Positions 7,616 to 15,784 of a stretch of 64,000 nt of DNA are shown here, piece by piece (positions within the stretch are counted from its first letter, which is position 1; every line of letters starts with the position of its first letter). The notes beneath the pieces were generated by a model. It was given only the letters and a program-made list of their open reading frames with translations, searched no databases and was not told the DNA's origin. The DNA lies in the NCBI GenBank assembly GCA_964413645.1, contig CAYPSA010000002.1, positions 22,508-86,507 of the forward strand, read 5' to 3'. The translations under genes and the position numbers were made by a program. This DNA is from an uncultured Gammaproteobacteria bacterium (GTDB taxonomy: Bacteria > Patescibacteriota > Microgenomatia > UBA1406 > HO2-37-13b).

Positions 7616-9019
7616 ATGTTATTCGATAAACCCCTTTGCTTTGTAGATATTGAAACTACCGGAACGAGTGTGACTCACGATCGAATTATTGAAGTCGGAA
7701 TGCTTAAGGTGATAAACAATGAGATCGTAGAAATGTATGAGTCGCTCATAAATCCACAAACACATCTTTCCCCATTTATAACAAGCATTACAGGAATTGC
7801 GCCGTCAGACCTTGAAGATGCGCCATCGTTTGAAGCGATTTATCCAGATGTTCATAATTTTCTAAAAGAGTCTATCTTTGTTGCTCATAATGCTCAATTC
7901 GATTACGGCTTTATTCGCCAGGAATTGGGGCGATGCGATATTTCGTATACAAGTCCTGTTTTATGCACTGTTCGACTTTCACGCGCGCTGTATCCTACAT
8001 TCAAACGTCATAATTTGCAAAGCATTATTGAACGATTTTCGATTCCCATCGAACGTCGGCACCGAGCGCTCGACGATTCCAAAGCCATGTTTACGTTCTT
8101 TTCCCAATCGGCAAAAAACTTTCCCTCGGAAGTTTTTAACAATGCAGTTACGACAATTCTCAAAAAACCGTCGCTACCTAAGCATGTATCCAATACCATA
8201 CTAGACAATCTTCCCGAAAGTTCAGGCGTATATATCTTCTACGATGAGTACAATACCCCTTTGTATGTGGGTAAAAGCACAAACATTCGAAATCGGGTAC
8301 TGTCACATTTTACGAGCGCCAAAAATTCTACAAAAGAAATGAACATTAGCCAACAATTACAGCGTATTGAAACAATTCCAACAATAGGGGAATTGGGCGC
8401 ACTACTAAAGGAGTCCGCACTCGTAAAAGAATTACGACCAGTCTATAACCGAATGCTTCGTGTTAAAAGAGAAATGACAGTTTTGACAAAATATACTGAC
8501 AACGACGGATATGATAGAGTAAATATTGAAAGTATTTCCACTTTTAACTCCGACGGATTAGATAGTGTACTGGCCGTATGTAAGACTAAAAGGCAAGCCA
8601 AGGACCTCCTCGTTTCGCTCTGCAAAGAGCATGAACTGTGTGAAAACTTAATGGGAGTTACCAATGGAAAAGGGGCGTGCTTCACATCGAAACTAGGAAT
8701 TTGCAAAGGGGCATGCAGCAAAAAAGAACTTCCAATTAAATACAATATGCGATTTTTGCAGGCGTTTTTTGCTACAAAAATTAAACGCTGGCCTTTTGAT
8801 GGAGCAATTTACATTAAAGAAAAATCAACAACAGGGAAAATTGAGTATTTTGAAGTGAATAATTGGTGCATAGTTGGGAGATACAGTGAACATGATGCGG
8901 AACATTCAACGCCGCAGGCTCTTTCATTTGACTATGATACCTATAAAATACTCGCTCGATTTATTTTCAACGAAAAGAATAAATCAAAAATTCAAAGCAA
9001 TCCTCAACACACTCTTTAA
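7616..9019 (+). CDS. DnaQ-like 3'-5' exonuclease fused to GIY-YIG (Cho/UvrC-N-like) nuclease
   Basis: 467 aa. ExoI FVDIETTG, ExoII VAHNAQFDYGF, ExoIII HRALDD. Then GVYIFY...LYVGKS...R GIY-YIG motifs and a Cys-rich C-terminal region. Confidence 0.8.
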   Translation: MLFDKPLCFVDIETTGTSVTHDRIIEVGMLKVINNEIVEMYESLINPQTHLSPFITSITGIAPSDLEDAPSFEAIYPDVHNFLKESIFVAHNAQFDYGFIRQELGRCDISYTSPVLCTVRLSRALYPTFKRHNLQSIIERFSIPIERRHRALDDSKAMFTFFSQSAKNFPSEVFNNAVTTILKKPSLPKHVSNTILDNLPESSGVYIFYDEYNTPLYVGKSTNIRNRVLSHFTSAKNSTKEMNISQQLQRIETIPTIGELGALLKESALVKELRPVYNRMLRVKREMTVLTKYTDNDGYDRVNIESISTFNSDGLDSVLAVCKTKRQAKDLLVSLCKEHELCENLMGVTNGKGACFTSKLGICKGACSKKELPIKYNMRFLQAFFATKIKRWPFDGAIYIKEKSTTGKIEYFEVNNWCIVGRYSEHDAEHSTPQALSFDYDTYKILARFIFNEKNKSKIQSNPQHTL

Positions 9020-9093
9020 ATAGAATTTGGCGAAATGACGAATATTAAGTTAGATTGTCGCTATGCTATAATTTAATCATAATTTTAGTTAAT

Positions 9094-9711
9094 ATGCCAG
9101 AAAAACAAGTAAAACACGAACGAGCAGCAAAAGCATTTGAAGCTGGAAGAGATAGTCAAGATATTGGCGCCTACTATGGAATAACGCTTGCAAGCCTTAT
9201 TACCGCAATTGAAACAGGGCAACTTTCACCACAATTTGAAAAATCATTCAACGTAACAGTTCTAGGAGAACCGTCCGATAATCATGGTGAAGTTGATGCC
9301 TTTGAAGATGAAGCTAGAAAAGCATCTGTGTGGTCAGCGCTGGAACCAATCCTCCTACAGCACCCAGAACTCCGCAAAAAGGCATTGTTTATATATAAAT
9401 ACGCAGCGTTCCCTGCTAGTCGTACAGATAGTGGACGAACAGAAAAGAGAAAAATAATGCGACGTGCAGGTATGTCGGATGATGATATTACCCAGCTAGA
9501 AGAATTTAAATTTCCGGGTAGTGGCGTAGTTATCGGACTATCAAAAGATTTTATACGGCGAACTACTGATGCACATCAACAATTGGTAACGGGAAGCTGC
9601 TTGAAAATTTCTCAAACAGAAATATTTTTTGCCGATATTGTTGCAATTGAACCTCTTGATGATGAGGCTTATAACTATCTAGATTCCTTACAACCGCAAT
9701 TGAGTAACTAA
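9094..9711 (+). CDS. hypothetical protein
   Basis: ORF-track ORF 9055-9711 trimmed to the first ATG (MPEKQVKHE). No motif recognised. Confidence 0.45.
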   Translation: MPEKQVKHERAAKAFEAGRDSQDIGAYYGITLASLITAIETGQLSPQFEKSFNVTVLGEPSDNHGEVDAFEDEARKASVWSALEPILLQHPELRKKALFIYKYAAFPASRTDSGRTEKRKIMRRAGMSDDDITQLEEFKFPGSGVVIGLSKDFIRRTTDAHQQLVTGSCLKISQTEIFFADIVAIEPLDDEAYNYLDSLQPQLSN

Positions 9712-9762
9712 TGTTTGGTTTAATGTCTTAGAAGTCATACTATTTTGTTATATAATAACTTC

Positions 9763-11505
9763 ATGAATTCTAATAATCTCGACAATCTTCGTCACTCGGC
9801 TGCGCATTTACTTGCAGCTGCTGTTATGGAGCTGTGGCCTACTACAAAACGAACGATTGGTCCTGCTATTGAAAACGGTTTTTATTTTGATTTTGAATTT
9901 GAACACCCAGTTTCAGAAAATGATTTTGCCAAAATCGAGCAAAAAATGCATGAGTTAGTAAAAAAATGGGAATCGTTTGAGCGCAGAGAGCTTTCAGCGG
10001 CCGATGCAAAAAAAGAATATCCAGATAATCCGTATAAACATGAACTTATTGATGAATTTTCCCAAAACGGTGAAACACTTACCTTTTATAAATCTGGCGA
10101 TTACTGGGATTTGTGTAAAGGCGGACACTGTGAGCATCCAAAAGATGAATTAAAATACTTCAAACTCCTCTCCGTGGCCGGTGCATATTGGCGCGGGAGC
10201 GAAAAAAATAAAATGCTTACCCGTATTTATGGAACTATTTTCCCAACAAAAGAGGAGCTTGAAGCGCATTTGACACTTCTCGAGGAAGCTAAAAAACGAG
10301 ATCACCGAAAAATTGGCGCTGAACAACAATTATTTTTCATTGACGACGTTGTTGGAAAAGGACTGGTTATGTGGCTTCCTAATGGGACGATTATTCGCGA
10401 CCAAATCGAAAAATTAGCGATTGAAATGGAAGAAAAAGATGGGTACGTTCGCGTTGTTACCCCACATATTGCAAAAGAAGAGCTATTTACCACATCTGGA
10501 CACTTACCGTACTACAAAGATGGCATGTTCCCTCCGATGGTCATGGATGACGGAACATATTATTTGAAGGCTATGAATTGCCCACATCATCACCGCATCT
10601 ATTTACATACTCCAAAATCATACCGCGAGCTTCCTCTACGACTTGCCGAATATGGAACGGTATATCGCAATGAACTTTCTGGAACACTCGCCGGACTTCT
10701 TCGAGTAAGAGCGTTGGCCATGAACGATGCTCATATTTATTTGCGTAAAGATCAAGTAAAAGAAGAGTTTAAAAAAGTTTTAAAACTTACCACCGAGTAT
10801 TTCAACATGTTTGGACTAAAAGATTATTGGTTCCGACTTTCTAAATGGGATAAGGAGCATAAAGAAAAATACATCGACGAGCCGGAAAATTGGGAATATA
10901 CCGAGCAAGTTATTCGAGAAGTGCTACAAGAAGAAAAATACCAATTTGAAGAAGTTGCCGATGAAGCCGCATTTTACGGTCCAAAAGTTGATGTTCAATT
11001 TAAATCAATTATTGGTCGCGAAGAAACGATGTCGACTATTCAGCTTGATTTTGCTGCAAAATCACGTTTTAATCTCTCCTATACAGATGAGACTGGAGCA
11101 GACAACAATGAAGTATTTGTTATTCACCGCGCACCGCTCTCTACGCATGAACGGTTCATGGCTTTCTTAATCGAACACTACGCAGGAGCGTTTCCATTTT
11201 GGCTCGCACCAGTACAAGTCTCGATTCTTCCGGTATCCGACAAATTTGCTGATTATGCTCAAGAAGTTGCAAAAGAACTCAAAACACGTGGAGTTCGCGT
11301 TTATGTCGATTCCGATAATAAAACGCTCGGAGCCAAGATTCGCCAAACCACATTGCAAAAGGTGCCCTTCATGTGTATAATAGGAGAGAAAGAAGTTGAA
11401 GCAAAGAGTGTTTCAGTACGAACACGTGAAGGAGTAGACCTTGGTGTTATGTCGATAGACGACTTTGCTAACAAATTATCAAACCACATTGAGAACAAAC
11501 AATAA
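9763..11505 (+). CDS. thrS: threonyl-tRNA synthetase (no N-terminal TGS domain)
   Basis: HSAAHLLAAAV editing-domain motif close to the N-terminus. Class II core (YYLKAMNCPHH, FRNELSG, RVR). Start trimmed to the ATG at 9763; TATAAT at 9751-9756. Confidence 0.9.
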   Translation: MNSNNLDNLRHSAAHLLAAAVMELWPTTKRTIGPAIENGFYFDFEFEHPVSENDFAKIEQKMHELVKKWESFERRELSAADAKKEYPDNPYKHELIDEFSQNGETLTFYKSGDYWDLCKGGHCEHPKDELKYFKLLSVAGAYWRGSEKNKMLTRIYGTIFPTKEELEAHLTLLEEAKKRDHRKIGAEQQLFFIDDVVGKGLVMWLPNGTIIRDQIEKLAIEMEEKDGYVRVVTPHIAKEELFTTSGHLPYYKDGMFPPMVMDDGTYYLKAMNCPHHHRIYLHTPKSYRELPLRLAEYGTVYRNELSGTLAGLLRVRALAMNDAHIYLRKDQVKEEFKKVLKLTTEYFNMFGLKDYWFRLSKWDKEHKEKYIDEPENWEYTEQVIREVLQEEKYQFEEVADEAAFYGPKVDVQFKSIIGREETMSTIQLDFAAKSRFNLSYTDETGADNNEVFVIHRAPLSTHERFMAFLIEHYAGAFPFWLAPVQVSILPVSDKFADYAQEVAKELKTRGVRVYVDSDNKTLGAKIRQTTLQKVPFMCIIGEKEVEAKSVSVRTREGVDLGVMSIDDFANKLSNHIENKQ

Positions 11506-12034
11506 TCGCTTTAAAAAAGATACGAGGGTTTGGTATGTGCGAAATGAACATATTTCTGCACCTGAACTGCGATTAATCGATGAAACTGGTCATCAACTCG
11601 AAGTCATGAAACGCGACGATGCGCTTGCGCTCGCCCGTGAAAAAGAAGTCGATTTGGTGTTAATTGCTGCGCAAGCACAACCACCAGTAGCAAAGTTAAT
11701 CGACTTTCAAAAGTTTTTGTACCAAGAGGAAAAAAAGAAAAAGGAAGCAAAAAAAGGCGTGAAGAAAAGTTCGACTAAAGACGTGCAATTATCACTCTTT
11801 ATCGGAGCAAGCGACTTGGAACGAATGCGAGCAAAAACTGAAGAATTTATTAGTGAAGGAAATCAAGTACGAGTTAAACTGGGTTTACGAGGACGAGAAC
11901 TTGGGAAAAAGAACATGGCGTTCGATTTAATGAAGAAGTTTATTGAATCAGTTCCCGATAGCGCCGTTTCAAGCGAACCAAAGTTCCAGGGAAGAGTACT
12001 TTTATGCGTACTCGTTCGTCGAAAGAAAAGCTAA
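11465..12034 (+). CDS. infC: translation initiation factor IF-3 (start codon unresolved, non-ATG)
   Basis: ISAPELRLIDETG...VDLVLIAAQAQPPVAKLIDFQKFLYQ is typical IF-3. No in-frame ATG. Candidate starts are TTG 11465, TTG 11489 (both overlap thrS) and GTG 11537. Confidence 0.85.
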   Translation: MLTNYQTTLRTNNNRFKKDTRVWYVRNEHISAPELRLIDETGHQLEVMKRDDALALAREKEVDLVLIAAQAQPPVAKLIDFQKFLYQEEKKKKEAKKGVKKSSTKDVQLSLFIGASDLERMRAKTEEFISEGNQVRVKLGLRGRELGKKNMAFDLMKKFIESVPDSAVSSEPKFQGRVLLCVLVRRKKS

Positions 12035-12035
12035 T

Positions 12036-12233
12036 ATGGGAAATAAATTAAAAACTAGAAAATCAGCAAGCAAACGATTTAAAATGACCAAAACGGGTAA
12101 AATTTTGCATCGTGCGCATGGGGCTCGACATTTAAAGAGCAACAAATCAAAAAAAAGACTTCGTCACTTAAAGGCCGTACGTTCTGTACAAGGTATCTTT
12201 AAGAAAAAAATTCGACGAATGTTAGGAAAATAA
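12036..12233 (+). CDS. rpmI: 50S ribosomal protein L35
   Basis: MGNKLKTRKSASKRFKMTKTGKILHRAHGARH. ORF-track ORF trimmed to the ATG at 12036, just after the infC stop. Confidence 0.9.
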   Translation: MGNKLKTRKSASKRFKMTKTGKILHRAHGARHLKSNKSKKRLRHLKAVRSVQGIFKKKIRRMLGK

Positions 12234-12234
12234 T

Positions 12235-12582
12235 ATGGTACGAGTAAAAGGTGGCGTTAAATCGCACAGAAATCACAAAAAAGTTCTTGACCTTGCAAAA
12301 GGGTATCGAATGACCCGTCGCAAACACTTCCGTTCAGCAATGGAAGCAGTTTTGCACGCGGGTGAATATGCATTTGCAGGTCGAAAAGATCGAAAATCAA
12401 ATTTCCGCACATTGTGGATTGTCCGTTTGAATAGCGCCCTGCGCACAATGAACACAACCTACAGTGCATTTATAAACAAGCTTAAAGTAAAAAATATTGA
12501 GCTTGATCGAAAGGTACTTGCCAAACTTGCCGTTGAAGAACCGGCTCTGTTTGAAAAGATTGTGACTGAAGTCAACAAGTAA
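12235..12582 (+). CDS. rplT: 50S ribosomal protein L20
   Basis: MVRVKGGVKSHRNHKKVLDLAKGYR. Canonical infC-rpmI-rplT order. Confidence 0.95.
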   Translation: MVRVKGGVKSHRNHKKVLDLAKGYRMTRRKHFRSAMEAVLHAGEYAFAGRKDRKSNFRTLWIVRLNSALRTMNTTYSAFINKLKVKNIELDRKVLAKLAVEEPALFEKIVTEVNK

Positions 12583-12588
12583 CTTTCT

Positions 12589-13683
12589 ATGCCCACCAAA
12601 AAAAGCGATATTCTTACGACATTTAGTCAAAAATTCTCCTCTATTACCTCACTTTCCGCACTTGTTCAACTCGAAATCGATTATTTAGGTCGTAAGGGTA
12701 TTGTGAATAAGCTGTTTACTGACATGAAGGATGTCGAGGGTTCGCACAGAGGTGAGTACGGAAAGATGATTAATGAGGTAAAAAATGAGATTACCAAGGC
12801 AATTGAAAGTAAGAAAAAAGCACTCACCGAGGCCTCTCTTAATAGCGTATGGACCGATGTAACACTTCCAGGTGAGAAACCTTCTAAAGGAAGCTTACAC
12901 TTAGTTACGTATGCCATTGAGGAAATTAGTGCAATTTTTGAGCGAATCGGCTTTGCTCGCCAGTCGTATCCTGAAGTTGAATGGGAATATTTTTCGTTTG
13001 AAAGTTTGAATATGCCCCCCGGGCACCCGGCTCGTGATGATTTTGAAACGTTTTTTGTAGACGCTCCTGCACATGAAAAGTATGGCCGCATGGTACTAAC
13101 TCCGCACACATCAAATGGCCAAATTCGCGAAATGATGCGTGTTAAAACACCGCCAATTGCCATGATCAATATTTCAAAAACCTATCGTCCAAACTGGGAT
13201 GTTTCACACACTCCTATGTTTCACCAATTTGAAGGGCTTTGTATTGACGAAGGAATTACCATCGCAAATTTAAAAGGAACCATCGAACATTTTGCTACTA
13301 ATTTCTTTGGGCCAAACAGAAAAACCCGTTTGCGACCCTATCATTTCCAATTTACCGAACCATCATTTGAAGTCGACATAAGTTGCGACATTTGTGATGG
13401 AACAGGATTCGTAAATGATACCATTGTCATTTCGAGGAGTGAAGCGACGAGAAATCTCGGAAAAAACAAATGTAAACTTTGCAAACAAGGTTGGCTTGAA
13501 CTTGGAGGAGCCGGCATGGTTCATCCAAATGTCTTGAAAGAAGGGAAAGTTGATACTAATAAATATAGTGGCTTCGCATTCGGTTTTGGAATTGAACGTG
13601 TATATATGATGAAAGGCGGACTAAAATTAGATGACTTGCGTACTATTTATAGTGGAGATATTAGATTTTTAGAACAGTTTTAA
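12589..13683 (+). CDS. pheS: phenylalanyl-tRNA synthetase alpha subunit
   Basis: 364 aa. GHPARD, FRPYHFQFTEPS, GGAGMVHPNVL, GFAFGFGIERV motifs. Carries an unusual segment between its two CxxC knuckles (see findings). Confidence 0.9.
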   Translation: MPTKKSDILTTFSQKFSSITSLSALVQLEIDYLGRKGIVNKLFTDMKDVEGSHRGEYGKMINEVKNEITKAIESKKKALTEASLNSVWTDVTLPGEKPSKGSLHLVTYAIEEISAIFERIGFARQSYPEVEWEYFSFESLNMPPGHPARDDFETFFVDAPAHEKYGRMVLTPHTSNGQIREMMRVKTPPIAMINISKTYRPNWDVSHTPMFHQFEGLCIDEGITIANLKGTIEHFATNFFGPNRKTRLRPYHFQFTEPSFEVDISCDICDGTGFVNDTIVISRSEATRNLGKNKCKLCKQGWLELGGAGMVHPNVLKEGKVDTNKYSGFAFGFGIERVYMMKGGLKLDDLRTIYSGDIRFLEQF

Positions 13684-13689
13684 ATTACA

Positions 13690-13778
13690 GTCATCCTGAG
13701 CGACCGAAGGGAGTCAAAGGATCTCGGTGTTCAAGCAACACCTAGAATCTTCTCCCGCTGAAGCGGGATCAGAATGAC
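13690..13778. repeat. imperfect palindromic intergenic element, copy A (GTCATCCTGAG...GATCAGAATGAC)
   Basis: The termini are inverted repeats. Internal GGATCTCGGTGTT-N6-AACACCTAGAATC hairpin and CCCGC-TGAA-GCGGG hairpin. Shares blocks with copy B at 63009-63099. Confidence 0.75.
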
Positions 13779-13786
13779 AATTATAT

Positions 13787-15784
13787 ATGAATATAAAAAT
13801 TACCTACAACTGGCTACTTGAATATTTAGATACTGATGCAGATCCATATGAATTGCAAACGTATCTCTCTTTGTGTGGTCCATCCATAGAACGCGTAGAG
13901 AAAATTGATGATGATTATTCGTTAGATATTGAAATTACTTCTAATAGAATCGACAGCGCGAGCGTATTTGGCATTGCCCAAGAAGCGAGCGCGATACTTC
14001 CACAATTTGGAAAAAAAGCAAAACTAAAATTTAATCCGTTGGAAAAATATACGTTTAATTCTCTCTCTAAATCAGCCTCGAACGCAGGTTCCACTCCCAA
14101 AGAGCTCGGCGCAGAGATTAAACTCCTTGACCCTAAACTAGCTTCTCGAGTAACCGCGATCATCCTCTCTAATATAGAAATAGGGAAGTCTCCTGAATTA
14201 ATCAGTAAGCGTCTTACCATGTGCGATATAAAATCAATTAATAATGTCGTCGATGTCTCCAATTACCTTATGCTCTCACTGGGTCAACCAAATCATACCT
14301 TCGACTACGATAAAATCGTAGATCATAAACTTTACATCCGAGAAAGTAAAAAAGGGGAGAAAGTAAAAACACTTGATGAAAAAGAAATTATACTTCCAGG
14401 AGGAGATATTGTTATTGAAGACGGATCGGGCAACTTAACCGATCTGGCAGGCATTATGGGTGGTTACGATTCAATGATCTCCAACTCAACTAAAAATGTC
14501 CTACTTTTACTGGAGATCTATGACCCAAAAAAGATTAGAAAAACTTCTATGACAACCGGCCAACGAACAATTGCAGCAACATATTTTGAAAAAGGCTTGG
14601 ATCCGGAAAGAATTGAGTCAACGCTCTCGTATGGCGTAGAGTTACTTAAGGAATATGCATCGGCAACTGTGGCTTCAGATGTTATTGATATATACCCACA
14701 GCCTGTAAAACCAAAAAACATGACTGTTTCAGTCCAAAAGATCAACTCGCTCATCGGAGAGACAGTATCAGCAAATAAAATGCAGCAAATTCTTGGAAAT
14801 ATTGGGTTTGAAACGACTATAAAAGGAGACTCGTTAGATATCTTAATCCCTTCCTATCGAATTCGTGACGTAGAAACCTGGCAAGATATTGCAGAAGAAA
14901 TTGCTCGAATTTATGGATACTTTAATATTGCTGGTAAATTACAATCAACGCGTGCGACAAGCGCAGATCAAACATTACAAAAGACATTTGCGATTGAACG
15001 AAAAGCAAAATATTATCTAAAACATTTAGGTCTTCATGAAGTTTTTAACTATTCCATGATTTCAAAGAAAACGATAGACCGAATGAGCTGTGAAGAAAAA
15101 GATTTTCTCAAACTAAAAAATACGATCTCTGAAAATATTGAGTATCTAAAAACACTTCTGCTTCCATCACTCGTAGAAAATATTGAACAAAATGAAGGTA
15201 AGCGGCCAAACCTAAGCTTCTTTGAAATTGCTAAAACATACAAAAAAAACGATGGAGAATTACCGATCGAAAAACGACATTTGGCTTTAGCTACTCGCGC
15301 ATCATATTCATATTTGAAAGGAATACTTGAGGGACTTTTTGCAGAACTTAATATTACGAATTTCTCATTTGAAGAAGAAAAAGAAAGTCATTTGTTTAAC
15401 AAAAATTTAGTTGCAAAAATAAAATTCGGGGACTTATATAACGGACATATTGGCCTCATAGCAGGTCAAACAGGCATGTATGGCGTAGAACTCGATTTTG
15501 ATCGTCTCGTTTTAGAATCAAATCCAATCCCTGCCTATTCTCCAATAAGCACCTATGCAACAATTCGATTAGATGTAACATATACATCTTCACCCAAACT
15601 CGTCTTCCATGACATAAAGAGGATTTCTTTTAAAACAAGTAAATTGCTCAAAGACGTCATCTTACTTGATCGATATCAAGATAAGATTACCCTTCAATTC
15701 GTTTTCACAAGTAATAAAGATAATATTACGGAAGAGATCGCGAAAGAGGAGCTTGTTGCCATTAAAAAAGCGGTAGGAATATAA
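13787..15784 (+). CDS. pheT: phenylalanyl-tRNA synthetase beta subunit (lacks the N-terminal tRNA-binding B2 domain)
   Basis: 665 aa. The B1-like N-terminus runs straight into DIEITSNRIDSASVFGIAQE (B3/4 region). Follows pheS. Confidence 0.9.
   Translation: MNIKITYNWLLEYLDTDADPYELQTYLSLCGPSIERVEKIDDDYSLDIEITSNRIDSASVFGIAQEASAILPQFGKKAKLKFNPLEKYTFNSLSKSASNAGSTPKELGAEIKLLDPKLASRVTAIILSNIEIGKSPELISKRLTMCDIKSINNVVDVSNYLMLSLGQPNHTFDYDKIVDHKLYIRESKKGEKVKTLDEKEIILPGGDIVIEDGSGNLTDLAGIMGGYDSMISNSTKNVLLLLEIYDPKKIRKTSMTTGQRTIAATYFEKGLDPERIESTLSYGVELLKEYASATVASDVIDIYPQPVKPKNMTVSVQKINSLIGETVSANKMQQILGNIGFETTIKGDSLDILIPSYRIRDVETWQDIAEEIARIYGYFNIAGKLQSTRATSADQTLQKTFAIERKAKYYLKHLGLHEVFNYSMISKKTIDRMSCEEKDFLKLKNTISENIEYLKTLLLPSLVENIEQNEGKRPNLSFFEIAKTYKKNDGELPIEKRHLALATRASYSYLKGILEGLFAELNITNFSFEEEKESHLFNKNLVAKIKFGDLYNGHIGLIAGQTGMYGVELDFDRLVLESNPIPAYSPISTYATIRLDVTYTSSPKLVFHDIKRISFKTSKLLKDVILLDRYQDKITLQFVFTSNKDNITEEIAKEELVAIKKAVGI

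Noticed and set aside
12681-13169. 162-aa minus-strand ORF inside pheS; similar long antisense ORFs at 29384-29809, 30956-31456 and 53102-53539
   Set aside because: All are fully antisense to confidently identified genes (pheS, pilB, pilT/pilC, Clp/tmk). They have Ser/Cys-rich low-complexity translations and no start-site signals.
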